IMG/VR virus record: IMGVR_UViG_3300009545_000018
Location: 1-64,000 of that record
Direction: 5' to 3' (one strand)
Length of the DNA: 64,000 nt
The notes under the pieces were generated by a model. The model was not told where the DNA came from, did not search any database, and saw nothing but the letters and a program-made list of their open reading frames with translations. The position numbers were made by a program, and so were the translations under genes. Shown in pieces: positions 46,206 to 55,903 of this stretch. Positions within the stretch are counted from its first letter, which is position 1; every line of letters begins with the position of its first letter.

Positions 46206-46616
46206 ATGTCAAATAAATTAAAATTATATAATCCTTTTGCCTTATCATCTTTGGTAGATAACACTTTAGATGATTCATTTTTTGGATCATTCTTTAAAAT
46301 AAATGATTCTTATAATAATGTTAAATTTTATACTCATGATAAATCATTAGTTATAACAATTGAAGCGCCCGGATTTTCTGAAGAAGAAATTAAAATTTCT
46401 TTAAAAGGAAGAGTTTTATCAGTCAAAGGAGATAGTCTTTACAATGGAGTTCAACGTTCCATAACTCATTCCTTTAACGTACCCAACGGTTATAATTTAG
46501 AGGGTTCTTTAGAAGCAAAGTTAGAAAAAGGAATATTAACAATTAGTCTTCCTCATGAAAATATAGAGCCTGTAGTTGAGCCTGATACTAAAAATATACC
46601 AGTAAAATCTGTGTAA
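46206..46616 (+). CDS. small heat-shock protein (Hsp20)
   Basis: APGFSEEEIKI...LSVKG...AKLEKGILTISLP; AGGAG SD. Confidence 0.9.
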   Translation: MSNKLKLYNPFALSSLVDNTLDDSFFGSFFKINDSYNNVKFYTHDKSLVITIEAPGFSEEEIKISLKGRVLSVKGDSLYNGVQRSITHSFNVPNGYNLEGSLEAKLEKGILTISLPHENIEPVVEPDTKNIPVKSV

Positions 46617-46686
46617 AATAATTTAATTAAGATAATAGGGCAGCATAATTAATTACGCTTCCTTATTTTATTATAAGAAGAAATCA

Positions 46687-47058
46687 ATGAACATTTCAGA
46701 ATTTGAAGATAAAATTGAGCATCCTAATCATAAAAAAGAGTTTAGAAAACTAAACACTTTAAGTAAAGATAAGTTGTTCCAAAAACTTTATAATGATAAA
46801 TTATTATTAAGAAATAATATTTATTATAATTATAATACTCTGACTCAGGTAGTAGATAATATTGTTAAAGATATTTATTCTTCTATTGATGAGATTATGA
46901 AAAATAAGGAACCTAACGAGGAAGTATTTTTCTTTTTAGATAATAACGGACCTTATAATTTACATTTGATTTGTTGGAAACATTCCAATACTGTAGAATT
47001 AGAGACGATATATAAGAAAGCTGTGAGATATACTAAATTAGGATCATTGGTGGATTAA
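46687..47058 (+). CDS. hypothetical protein
   Basis: 123-aa ORF. Confidence 0.7.
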   Translation: MNISEFEDKIEHPNHKKEFRKLNTLSKDKLFQKLYNDKLLLRNNIYYNYNTLTQVVDNIVKDIYSSIDEIMKNKEPNEEVFFFLDNNGPYNLHLICWKHSNTVELETIYKKAVRYTKLGSLVD

Positions 47059-47066
47059 GTTGAAAG

Positions 47067-47329
47067 AAGGATGAACCGGCGATCTATTATAGGCGCAAAG
47101 GCGAAGTAGCTTATTTTTATAATGGAAAAATGCATAGAGACAAGGTCCTGCTTATATCGATACTATTAATGGTGTGCGTTATTACCAACATGGAAAACGT
47201 CATCGTTTAGATGGTCCTGCTATTGATATGATTAATGGTATAAAACTTTGGTTTTATAATGATATCCAAGTTAATTGTCATTCTCAAGAAGAATTTGAAA
47301 GTTTAATAAAGCTAAAAGCGTTTTGGTAA
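47067..47329 (+). pseudogene. frameshifted HRxDGPA-repeat KAFx-tail gene
   Basis: ...YFYNGKMHRD, 1-nt loss near 47142, then GPAYID...HRLDGPA...SQEEFESLIKLKAFW*. Confidence 0.7.
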
Positions 47330-47332
47330 ATA

Positions 47333-47992
47333 ATGAAAATTGTTGCAGTAAGCGATACTCATGGCACCCACCGCCAAGTAGATTTAAGTAATATTGAAGC
47401 TGATACTCTAATAGTAGCTGGAGATATTACTAATACGGGAGAACTATCTCTTATTGAAGATGTTTGTGATTGGGCAAGCAATCTTCAATTTAAAAATAAA
47501 GTTTTAATCTGTGGTAACCATGAAGTCGGAATCTCGGCTGGACCTAAAAGAAAGAAAGCTATTAAATTATTAAAAAATCATTTTACTTATCTGGAAAATA
47601 GCTTTGAAATGATAGATGGTTATAAGTTTTATGGATCTCCTGCAACTCCATATTTTTGTGGTTGGGAATGGAATTATAACCGAGGCATTACTATTGCAGA
47701 ACAATGGGCAAAGATTCCGCTGGATGTAGATGTTTTGATTACTCATGGTCCTCCTTATGGGGTTTTAGATTTAGTAGAAGATAATATATATAATGTGGGC
47801 AGAGACTTACATCAAGGGTGTGCCGACTTAACTAATAAGTTAATGGAACTAACTAATCTTAAGGCGCATGTTTTTGGGCACCTTCATCATAGTCATGGAC
47901 TTTTAAAAATAAATAACACTATATTTGCAAATAGTGCCATATGCAATGAAAATTATCAGCCAATTAACCCACCTCATATTTTTGAGATTTAA
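47333..47992 (+). CDS. calcineurin-like metallophosphoesterase (MPPED-type)
   Basis: SDTH, AGD, GNHE, THGPP, GHLH. Confidence 0.9.
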   Translation: MKIVAVSDTHGTHRQVDLSNIEADTLIVAGDITNTGELSLIEDVCDWASNLQFKNKVLICGNHEVGISAGPKRKKAIKLLKNHFTYLENSFEMIDGYKFYGSPATPYFCGWEWNYNRGITIAEQWAKIPLDVDVLITHGPPYGVLDLVEDNIYNVGRDLHQGCADLTNKLMELTNLKAHVFGHLHHSHGLLKINNTIFANSAICNENYQPINPPHIFEI

Positions 47993-48764
47993 TATAATTA
48001 TAAATATTTTTCCATTTTCTTTCTAATAATATAGAATAATATTTATTAATATTTAATATTTTAGCTAAATCAATAACATCTTGTTTTCGGCGCACCCTAA
48101 TTCTTTTCCATTTGTTTTTAGGAAAGAAATATTTAATAGATCCTTTAAATCCCAAATTTTTAATTTGTTGTTCATACCAATTCATAATCAAGTTATTACC
48201 AACAATATCTATGTCATAATGTTTATTTAAAGTAAAATTAATATGACCATCAGCATCAAGTAATCCTAATAAAAATGGTTTTATATATTTTTTTGGTATA
48301 ATAGGCTTTACGGGGTTGTAAGTCTTATTAGGAACAATTCCATATTTAAATAAATTTTTATCTATTCTTTTAGAATAAATATTAAGTCTACAAACTGTAT
48401 TATTTTGATAATATTTTATATTTGAATAATCTATATTCAGCCAATCACAAAAATTTTGCAATATACATACGTCCTTTATATTTAAAGAAATAGTAATTAT
48501 TTTATTATTTCTATTCGATATTAACGACCCATCACCTAATACAAATCCCCAAAAATAATATAAATTATCGCTCTTTTTTGTGAAGAAATTTTCATTATAC
48601 TTTATTCTAAAAGAGGAAGGATCTCTAACTTTAATTTTATTTTTGATCAAAAATTGTTTAATAGACCATCTGCTGACATTGTATTCAACAGATAATTTTG
48701 TTAAAGTGACTCCCGAGTTGTAATCATTTAATATTTTATTTTTGTTGTTTTCCAACAGTTGCAT
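47964..48764 (-). CDS. free-standing LAGLIDADG homing endonuclease
   Basis: YFWGFVLGDGS and FLLGLLDADGH; N-terminal HTH. Confidence 0.9.
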   Translation of the reverse strand: MQLLENNKNKILNDYNSGVTLTKLSVEYNVSRWSIKQFLIKNKIKVRDPSSFRIKYNENFFTKKSDNLYYFWGFVLGDGSLISNRNNKIITISLNIKDVCILQNFCDWLNIDYSNIKYYQNNTVCRLNIYSKRIDKNLFKYGIVPNKTYNPVKPIIPKKYIKPFLLGLLDADGHINFTLNKHYDIDIVGNNLIMNWYEQQIKNLGFKGSIKYFFPKNKWKRIRVRRKQDVIDLAKILNINKYYSILLERKWKNIYNYIKSQKYEVG

Positions 48765-48861
48765 GAATACATACCAAACTATTGATATACATTAATAAGA
48801 TATAATATTTGTATAAACAATATTACTCGTAATTTTTGAGATATAAAGAATAGGATAATAA

Positions 48862-49428
48862 ATGCTTTGGCTAACTTCAGATAATCATTTTTTTCATGAC
48901 AAAATTCGGATCTATTCTTCCCGCCCATTCTCTTCAGTAGAAGATATGAACGAAGCATTAATTAAGAACTGGAATCAAGTAGTCCAACCTAATGATGAAG
49001 TTTGGGACTTAGGAGATTTTTCATTCGGTAATTATGAACAAACCTGTTCTATTCTTAAACGTTTAAATGGTAAGCATAATTTTATTATGGGTAATCATGA
49101 TAAAATCATTGCCAAAAATAAAGAAGATCTACTTAAGTCTGGTTATTTTCAAAGCATACAGGATTACAAACATTTAAAGTTTAATAATCAAAGTATAATT
49201 TTATTTCACTTCGCTTGCCGCGTTTGGGATAAATCACACCACGGGTCCTGGCATTTGTGGGGACACAGCCATAATAGTTTACCACCATATGGTAAATCAT
49301 TTGATGTAGGCGTTGATTCTACAGTTATCACTACAGAATATCGTCCCACTTCTTTTGATGAAGTAAAACAATACATGGATAAAATTGAAATTAAAGTAGT
49401 GGATCATCATGATGGAAGTAGGATGTAA
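48862..49428 (+). CDS. calcineurin-like phosphoesterase
   Basis: TSDNHFFH, LGDFS, GNHD, GHSH, DVGVD. Confidence 0.9.
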   Translation: MLWLTSDNHFFHDKIRIYSSRPFSSVEDMNEALIKNWNQVVQPNDEVWDLGDFSFGNYEQTCSILKRLNGKHNFIMGNHDKIIAKNKEDLLKSGYFQSIQDYKHLKFNNQSIILFHFACRVWDKSHHGSWHLWGHSHNSLPPYGKSFDVGVDSTVITTEYRPTSFDEVKQYMDKIEIKVVDHHDGSRM

Positions 49429-49500
49429 TTTATTATTCTAAATTAATGAAATACTAATAATAAAGAATATTGTTAATTGCTTTGAAACAAGGGATTAACA

Positions 49501-50676
49501 ATGAAATTCAAATCTTATATTAAACACAATAGATTTAAACACTCTACTGCTGGAACCAATTATACTCCAAAACAACTTGCTGCCTTTTATGGCTTCCCAA
49601 CCAACGCTAAAGGTACTGGAAAAAAGGTAGCTGTTATTGAACTTGGCGGAGCTTATAATCAAAAAGATTTAGATAACTACTTTCATAGTTTAGGTTTAAC
49701 TGTTAAACCAGTTGTATTTCATTCTATAGATGGTGCTCAAAACATTTCTGATGGACCTAATGGAGCAGATGGTGAAGTTATGCTTGACCTTTGTGTAATT
49801 GGTGGTATGGCTCCTGAAGCAGAGTTACATTGTTATACTGCTCCTAATACTGATTCTGGATTTTTAAATGCTATCAAACAAGCCATTGCAGACAAAATGG
49901 ATGCCATTAGTATAAGTTGGGGTGGTCCTGAAGACTCATGGACCTCAGCTTCCTTAAAAGAATTTAATGATGTATTTTTAGCTGCTAGTCAATCCGGAAT
50001 TACAGTAACTGCTGCTTCTGGAGATAATGGATCTAGTGATGGTGAATCTGGAAAACATGTAGATTTTCCAGCAAGTTCTCCTTATGTTTTAGGTTGTGGC
50101 GGAACATCCTTACCTAGTACAAGTCCAATACAAGAAGTTGTTTGGAATGATGGTTCTGCTGGTGGTGCTGCTGGTGGAGGAATAAGTTCTGTATTTACAA
50201 TTCCTACTTGGCAAACTAAAGCAAATGCTCCAAGTACAAAGTATCGTTGTGTTCCAGATGTAGCTGGGGTTGCAGACCCAAACACAGGTTGGATAATTAT
50301 GGTAGATGGTCAACAAATGGTTATTGGTGGTACTAGCGCTGTTGCTCCTATGTGGGCAGCATTATCAGTTTGTTTGAGTCAAGCACTTGGAAAAAATGTT
50401 GGTTTTATAAATCCAACCTTATATTCTTTGGCTGGTTGGTCAAGAGATATTACGTCTGGTAATAATGGAACTTATGTAGCTAAGTCTGGTTATGATTGCT
50501 GTACTGGCATTGGAGTTCCAATAGGTACTAAGTTGTTGCAATTATTACAAGCTCCTGTTCCTACTCCTACTCCTACTCCTACTCCTACTCCTACTCCAGT
50601 TCCCACACATAGTTCACATACCATTACAGTTACTGGAGATAACGTTACTGTTACAGTAGATGGAAAAAATATTTAA
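49501..50676 (+). CDS. sedolisin/kumamolisin (S53) serine peptidase without pro-domain, with PT linker
   Basis: EVMLD (ExxxD), SGDNG, PDVAG, GGTSAVAP, GYDxxTGxG. Confidence 0.9.
   Translation: MKFKSYIKHNRFKHSTAGTNYTPKQLAAFYGFPTNAKGTGKKVAVIELGGAYNQKDLDNYFHSLGLTVKPVVFHSIDGAQNISDGPNGADGEVMLDLCVIGGMAPEAELHCYTAPNTDSGFLNAIKQAIADKMDAISISWGGPEDSWTSASLKEFNDVFLAASQSGITVTAASGDNGSSDGESGKHVDFPASSPYVLGCGGTSLPSTSPIQEVVWNDGSAGGAAGGGISSVFTIPTWQTKANAPSTKYRCVPDVAGVADPNTGWIIMVDGQQMVIGGTSAVAPMWAALSVCLSQALGKNVGFINPTLYSLAGWSRDITSGNNGTYVAKSGYDCCTGIGVPIGTKLLQLLQAPVPTPTPTPTPTPTPVPTHSSHTITVTGDNVTVTVDGKNI
50560..50598 (+). repeat. CCTACT tandem repeat encoding a Pro-Thr linker
   Basis: About six CCTACT units. Confidence 0.85.
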
Positions 50677-50705
50677 ATTCTAAGTTAATAGAAAGATATT
50701 TTTAC

Positions 50706-51017
50706 TTGAAAGAGCTTGAGCTAAAAATATATCTAGATGATGAAAGAAAATCACCAGAAGGTTGGATTCAGGTATTCTCTTATCAAGAGTGTATTAATAT
50801 GCTTTGCCAATTTAATCCAACTAATCTTTCTTTAGATCATGATTTAGGTGAAGAGAAAACTGGTTATGATGTAATAAAATGGATTGAACAAAAAGTATTT
50901 AAGGATTCAAATTACCAACCACCTATTATAGTTATTCACTCTGCTAATCCGGCGGGTCGGCAGAATATGGAACGAGGCATCAAATCAATTCAGAAAATCG
51001 TAAATTCAAGGATGTGA
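50706..51017 (+). CDS. cyclic-phosphate-processing receiver-domain protein
   Basis: YLDDER.P, LSLDHDLG, TGYDV, HSANPAG. Confidence 0.8.
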   Translation: MKELELKIYLDDERKSPEGWIQVFSYQECINMLCQFNPTNLSLDHDLGEEKTGYDVIKWIEQKVFKDSNYQPPIIVIHSANPAGRQNMERGIKSIQKIVNSRM

Positions 51018-51295
51018 ACTGTCCCATTTGCCATAAAGATGCTCTATATTGTTATGATGATAAAAATTATAATAAAGATCATTGTTTTGTATATGGAAGT
51101 CATGATAATTGGTATTTAACTATAGATTATATTAAGTTTAAAACTACATTAAATATGATTGGGTATATTAATGGCACTCCTTATATTTGTGGAGAAAATG
51201 ATCCTGAGGGCACAGATATCTTAATTAAAGATTTTGATGTAAGTGAAGCATTTAATATTTTAATGAAATATAAAAATTTAACAGTGTTCTTATGA
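51014..51295 (+). CDS. KAFx-tail protein, CPxC class
   Basis: CPIC...WYL...YKNLTVFL. Confidence 0.75.
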   Translation: MNCPICHKDALYCYDDKNYNKDHCFVYGSHDNWYLTIDYIKFKTTLNMIGYINGTPYICGENDPEGTDILIKDFDVSEAFNILMKYKNLTVFL

Positions 51296-51552
51296 AATGC
51301 CCCTATTGTCATCATAATATCTATTATAGTATTCAGTGTGCTGATTCTGAACACGAGTTTTATTATGACTCAATAAATGCTTGGTATCTTATTATTGCCG
51401 GATATAAATTTAATATGATTGGGGCTATTAATGGTAGATTTTATCTTGGTTCAAATCTTTACTTAAACAAAGATGTTACTATTAATAAATTTAACATTAA
51501 TGATGCTGTTAAAACAATGATCAAACTTAATAAATTAAATTGTTTTATATAA
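51292..51552 (+). CDS. KAFx-tail protein, CPxC class
   Basis: CPYC...WYL...NKLNCFI. Confidence 0.75.
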   Translation: MKCPYCHHNIYYSIQCADSEHEFYYDSINAWYLIIAGYKFNMIGAINGRFYLGSNLYLNKDVTINKFNINDAVKTMIKLNKLNCFI

Positions 51553-51553
51553 T

Positions 51554-51883
51554 ATGAGTACACTTATTTATGAAGGACAGATTTTATCTGAGTGGAAACC
51601 TGATGAGGGGCATGGTTATAATTGGGTAAGATATGAAAATAAGACTCAAAGTTTTATTGGATTAAATTGTGCAGATGGTATATTATATGACCTCTATAAT
51701 AAAATAGTAACTGAATCAGATCTTCGATGGAGAATATTTGGTAGAGGATTTTTACAAAAATGTGTAGACCAATATATTAAGATTTATGGATATCAACTAT
51801 ATCGTTATGGTGAATTAGATGAAGTCAAAAATAATATTGATAAAGTTTTGATTTCATTCCCCAAATTAAAAGTTTTTATATGA
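51554..51883 (+). CDS. KAFx-tail protein, unrelated N-terminus
   Basis: ...FPKLKVFI. Confidence 0.75.
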   Translation: MSTLIYEGQILSEWKPDEGHGYNWVRYENKTQSFIGLNCADGILYDLYNKIVTESDLRWRIFGRGFLQKCVDQYIKIYGYQLYRYGELDEVKNNIDKVLISFPKLKVFI

Positions 51884-52155
51884 AGTGCCCTTATTGTAAT
51901 CTTGATACTGTAGATAAAACTTTACATTTATCTTGTAAAGATAATTCACACTGGTTTGTCTTTACTAAAGGAAAACCCAATTATTGGTTCTTACATATTG
52001 ACAATTTGCCAATATTTAACCAAATTGGACGTGGCGCAAGTGGATTTTATATAAAACATTTAATGGCAGAATTTATTACTAAATTAGAAAAAATAGATAT
52101 CAAAAAGTCTAAAGAAATATTAATTAAGTATAATAAATTAAAAGCATTTATATGA
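51880..52155 (+). CDS. KAFx-tail protein, CPxC class
   Basis: CPYC...PNYW...NKLKAFI. Confidence 0.8.
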   Translation: MKCPYCNLDTVDKTLHLSCKDNSHWFVFTKGKPNYWFLHIDNLPIFNQIGRGASGFYIKHLMAEFITKLEKIDIKKSKEILIKYNKLKAFI

Positions 52156-52427
52156 AATGTCCATATTGTAACAATAAAACTAAAAATGTAATTGATCAAT
52201 TACATTGCCAATCAGATACTCATTGGTTTGTTTGTGTTAAAAAACAGCCTAATTATTGGTATTTGCAAGTGACAGGTTTGCCAATATTTAACCAAATTGG
52301 ATTGTGTAAACGCGGATATTATATAAGAGGAATAACTGATAATAGTTTTATTCTAATAGAAAAAATAGATATCGAAGAATCTAAAGAATTTTTAATTAAA
52401 AAAAATAAGCTAATAGCATTTGCATGA
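52152..52427 (+). CDS. KAFx-tail protein, CPxC class (tandem paralog)
   Basis: CPYC...PNYW...NKLIAFA. Confidence 0.8.
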   Translation: MKCPYCNNKTKNVIDQLHCQSDTHWFVCVKKQPNYWYLQVTGLPIFNQIGLCKRGYYIRGITDNSFILIEKIDIEESKEFLIKKNKLIAFA

Positions 52428-52728
52428 TTTTAAAATGAAAAACATTAATTGTATTGTTTGTAATAAAGAAATGTTATTTATCCGAAATAGAGGTTTATTT
52501 GGATTATATACTTGTGAACTAGATAACCATTATTTTGAAGTAACCGCTGAAGATTGGACATTTATTTTACAAATTGATAATTTGAAAATAAAATCTTTAG
52601 GCTATATATCAGGAAGACCTTTTTCATTTGAAATGAATAAAGGTCAACCAGGTATTCCTTTTGAATTTAAAATGTCTGAAACATATACGACTTTATTAAA
52701 GATAAATAAATTATTAAGCTTTATGTAA
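52420..52728 (+). CDS. KAFx-tail protein, CxxC class
   Basis: CIVC...NKLLSFM. Confidence 0.75.
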   Translation: MHDFKMKNINCIVCNKEMLFIRNRGLFGLYTCELDNHYFEVTAEDWTFILQIDNLKIKSLGYISGRPFSFEMNKGQPGIPFEFKMSETYTTLLKINKLLSFM

Positions 52729-52757
52729 ATAATTTAATCAATATAAGGAAAATTAAA

Positions 52758-52946
52758 ATGCAAGAACAAGATTTTATTGGGTTAACTAAAAAGGGTGCAC
52801 AACAAAAAGCTGAACAATTAAACCTAATTTTTCGGCTTATAAGAGTGGATGATAAAACAATGTTCAGTTATCCATCTGATACACGAAACGATAGAGTTTG
52901 TGTGGAAATAGATAATGGTGCCGTAACTATTGCTAAACTACAATAA
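52758..52946 (+). CDS. putative peptidase inhibitor (I78/potato-I-like)
   Basis: FIGL...A...R...D.R.DRV...NG.V pattern. Confidence 0.55.
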   Translation: MQEQDFIGLTKKGAQQKAEQLNLIFRLIRVDDKTMFSYPSDTRNDRVCVEIDNGAVTIAKLQ

Positions 52947-52953
52947 GTATAAT

Positions 52954-53217
52954 ATGTTCTTAACTGAAGAAATAAAAAGCAAACTTACACCTGAACAATT
53001 AAAAATTGCCCAAATTTGGGAGGCGGAAAACATTAAACGAGACAAATTAATGGATCAGGTAGAAAAAGGATCCTTATCTTTATCTGATGCATTAGATCTA
53101 ATGAAAGATATGACTCCTGAGTTTTGCGAACATAATAGGTCAATAATGGGAATGTGCTCTGCCTGCGATGAAATTGAAAGAATTATTAATCCAGATGCTT
53201 TTAAAGAAGAAGATTAA
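52954..53217 (+). CDS. hypothetical protein
   Basis: CEH...CSAC. Confidence 0.65.
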   Translation: MFLTEEIKSKLTPEQLKIAQIWEAENIKRDKLMDQVEKGSLSLSDALDLMKDMTPEFCEHNRSIMGMCSACDEIERIINPDAFKEED

Positions 53218-53240
53218 TATTACATTCTCATTGTAACCAT

Positions 53241-53255
53241 CCCATCAGTAGACGG
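53241..53255 (+). promoter_or_regulatory. variant motif CCCATC-AGT-AGACGG
   Basis: Two mismatches; precedes a non-coding hairpin tract. Confidence 0.55.
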
Positions 53256-53417
53256 CACTCAGCAGTTAACTGACAAGATCTTAATTTCTCTTTATCGAGA
53301 TTAAGTGGTGGAGGCGATTGATAAGATCGCCCTAAGGTTAAGTGGTCTCCTTAAAACTCTATTTTTAAATATAGACACTATTGTTTATATGCGTTATATC
53401 CTTATCTGAGGTATCAG

Positions 53418-53771
53418 ATGAAATATTTATTAGCATTATCAATTTTATTAATTACAAGCATTACATTAGCGGCTGCCCCTTTAGATAGAACTATCTTTTC
53501 TTCTTTAGAGCCGGGCAAATCTAAATCATATGATCTTTCCATTCCAAAAGGAAAAACTTCTATAGCTGTCTTGCAAACAGAAGAAAGCAATGAACAAGTT
53601 TTTACTTGCGTCTTTTCTTCAGACGGTGAAGTGGGTTTAGAGCAAAAGCATGTTGCTAAATGTTTGGGCAAAATGGATCTAAAAGAAGACACTAAAGTAT
53701 CTTTAAAGATAACAAACGCTTCTAAGAAGACTGTTGATTTTCAAATTAAACAATTTACTACTAAGCATTAA
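53418..53771 (+). CDS. secreted hypothetical protein
   Basis: Signal peptide; GAGG SD. Confidence 0.75.
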   Translation: MKYLLALSILLITSITLAAAPLDRTIFSSLEPGKSKSYDLSIPKGKTSIAVLQTEESNEQVFTCVFSSDGEVGLEQKHVAKCLGKMDLKEDTKVSLKITNASKKTVDFQIKQFTTKH

Positions 53772-54371
53772 ATGATTACTTTCGCTATTACTGGTAGCAT
53801 CGCAACTGGGAAAAGTACAGTTACTTCAACTATTAGAGATAAATATAATATCCCTATTGTTGACGCTGATGTGATAGCTCGAGAGGTTGTTGAAGTTGGT
53901 AGACCTTGTCTAACACATTTAGTACATGCTTTTAGTGATAAAATTTTAAACCAAGATGGCACTTTAAATAGAAAGTATCTTGGTAATTTATGCTTTAATA
54001 ATAAAGATATTCTTAATTCTGTTAATAGGATAGTAGGTCCCTTTATTAAAGAAGAATCTTTTAAACAAATTCAATCTCTTCATGAATCAGGACATTATTT
54101 AGTAGGATATGATAGTGCTCTTTTAATTGAGATGAAACTACATACATTATACAAACCTATAATAGTAGTAACTTGTTCTCCTGAAACTCAACTGAATAGG
54201 TTAATGAACCGCAATAATTTTTCTAAGGAAGAAGCTATGGCAAGAATTTCTTCCCAGATGAGTCTTAGTGATAAGGTCAAATATGCTGATCTTATCATTA
54301 ATAATGACAGTGGATTAATGGAACTCAATTCAGAGATCTATTCTGTTGTTAATAAATTAAAACAATTATAA
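53772..54371 (+). CDS. coaE: dephospho-CoA kinase
   Basis: ITGSIATGKSTV, DADVIAREVV, LNRKYLG, RLMNRN...RISSQM. Confidence 0.92.
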   Translation: MITFAITGSIATGKSTVTSTIRDKYNIPIVDADVIAREVVEVGRPCLTHLVHAFSDKILNQDGTLNRKYLGNLCFNNKDILNSVNRIVGPFIKEESFKQIQSLHESGHYLVGYDSALLIEMKLHTLYKPIIVVTCSPETQLNRLMNRNNFSKEEAMARISSQMSLSDKVKYADLIINNDSGLMELNSEIYSVVNKLKQL

Positions 54372-54396
54372 CGCCTTACAAGGCAAGGAGGTTTTA

Positions 54397-54909
54397 ATGG
54401 ATCTTTTTACCATTAAAATGGCACTTTCACTAGCATGCTCTGGTCTACCTACTCCTTCGGTAGATGCTTATGCTACTGTAATCTACAATCAATCTGTTAA
54501 ATTAGAGCAAGACCCTCTAATTACTGTTGCTATTATTAAACATGAAAGTAAATGTGTTAGTAGTATTATATCTGATGACGGATTTGATTTTGGGTTAATG
54601 CAGATTAGAGCTATGTATTATGGCGGTCCTTCCGTTAATTTGCTTAATCCTTGGGTAAATATTACAGTAGGTTCTTATTGGATTCAATCAAGCCAAGACT
54701 TTTGTCATAAACAATTGGGAAGAGAGCCTGCTGCAACGGAATATTTAAGTTGTTATACTGGCGCTTGTAAAACCAAAGGTAAATGGTGTCAACCAACTAA
54801 AATGTCTAGAGATATTGCAGAGTATGCTGCTTGTTTACAAGATAACTTATCAGTAAAGATGTCAGTACATAATTGTGACGCCATCTATCTTAGGGGAATG
54901 AAAATCTAA
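54397..54909 (+). CDS. lytic transglycosylase (SLT domain)
   Basis: AIIKHES, GLMQI, LLNPWVNI.VG. Confidence 0.8.
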   Translation: MDLFTIKMALSLACSGLPTPSVDAYATVIYNQSVKLEQDPLITVAIIKHESKCVSSIISDDGFDFGLMQIRAMYYGGPSVNLLNPWVNITVGSYWIQSSQDFCHKQLGREPAATEYLSCYTGACKTKGKWCQPTKMSRDIAEYAACLQDNLSVKMSVHNCDAIYLRGMKI

Positions 54910-54913
54910 AAAT

Positions 54914-55243
54914 ATGATAATAGATTTATGTGATTTTCTAAAAGATAAACCACATATTTATGTGTCTGATTATAGCATAAACTATGGAAATAGTATTAGG
55001 TTTGTAGATGATAATGTAACAGGATTTCTATTTAATATAGAGGTCGGTGATAAATTTATTATTGAATTGTTTAAAAATCCTAATAGAGTAAAATATTACG
55101 GGTACCACATAATAATCTGGGATCATGAAAATGATTCTTCTATTTATGAAAAAGATAATATTACAGGCTCTTTAATCAAAGAGGAATTAATCAACTGTAT
55201 CACATATTGTGAAAAATATTTAAATTTAATTGTCTTCTCATGA
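54914..55243 (+). CDS. KAFx-tail protein
   Basis: ...KYLNLIVFS. Confidence 0.7.
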   Translation: MIIDLCDFLKDKPHIYVSDYSINYGNSIRFVDDNVTGFLFNIEVGDKFIIELFKNPNRVKYYGYHIIIWDHENDSSIYEKDNITGSLIKEELINCITYCEKYLNLIVFS

Positions 55244-55542
55244 ATTCATTTTTACAATTAGATTGTGGAAAATATCCATATTATTTAGCAAACTATTATA
55301 ATTATAGTATTAGTTATTTATTAGAAAATAATATAGAAGGCATTGTTTTTAATATAAATTTTCATCAACATAAAGTAAGTGTAATTTTTTCTTATGAAGA
55401 AAAATTATATGCTATATATTGTAGTACTAATAAAATGGTTGTTAATATATATGATTGTTATTCATTAAAACAAACATTAAATAAATGTCAAGAGTTAATT
55501 AATTATTATACTAGAATTGATAAATTGAAATCATTTTCATAA
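55240..55542 (+). CDS. KAFx-tail protein
   Basis: ...IDKLKSFS. Confidence 0.7.
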   Translation: MNSFLQLDCGKYPYYLANYYNYSISYLLENNIEGIVFNINFHQHKVSVIFSYEEKLYAIYCSTNKMVVNIYDCYSLKQTLNKCQELINYYTRIDKLKSFS

Positions 55543-55546
55543 AATT

Positions 55547-55903
55547 ATGTTTGATAGAGAACTGCTTAAAAAAGAATATTATTCTAAGTTAAATCTTAAT
55601 GGTGGAGAATTATATTTAAACTCTTCTTTTCAAAAAGATTTTAATAAATATTATGGATATATGTCTATCGTATATAAAAGTTTTAGTATAGAGGTATTAA
55701 GAGTTCCACATTTATTTAAAATAAATAACTTCAAAATTAAAGTTTGGGATCATACAAAAATATATTATAATCATTTTGCGGGAGATTATTATAAGTGTCA
55801 TTTAGAAATTATCCATATACCAAAATCTCATTTATTAAATGAGCTTCAAAAGCAAATTGATTTCTTTCATAGAAGATATATTAAACTAGCAGCTTTTACA
55901 TGA
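55547..55903 (+). CDS. KAFx-tail protein (LxxxGG class)
   Basis: LNLNGG...YIKLAAFT. Confidence 0.75.
   Translation: MFDRELLKKEYYSKLNLNGGELYLNSSFQKDFNKYYGYMSIVYKSFSIEVLRVPHLFKINNFKIKVWDHTKIYYNHFAGDYYKCHLEIIHIPKSHLLNELQKQIDFFHRRYIKLAAFT

Noticed and set aside
47964-48764. Group I intron around the LAGLIDADG gene (and around GIY-YIG 57854-58483)
   Set aside because: Both are antisense to flanking genes that look complete, and no intron core was recognised; treated as free-standing.
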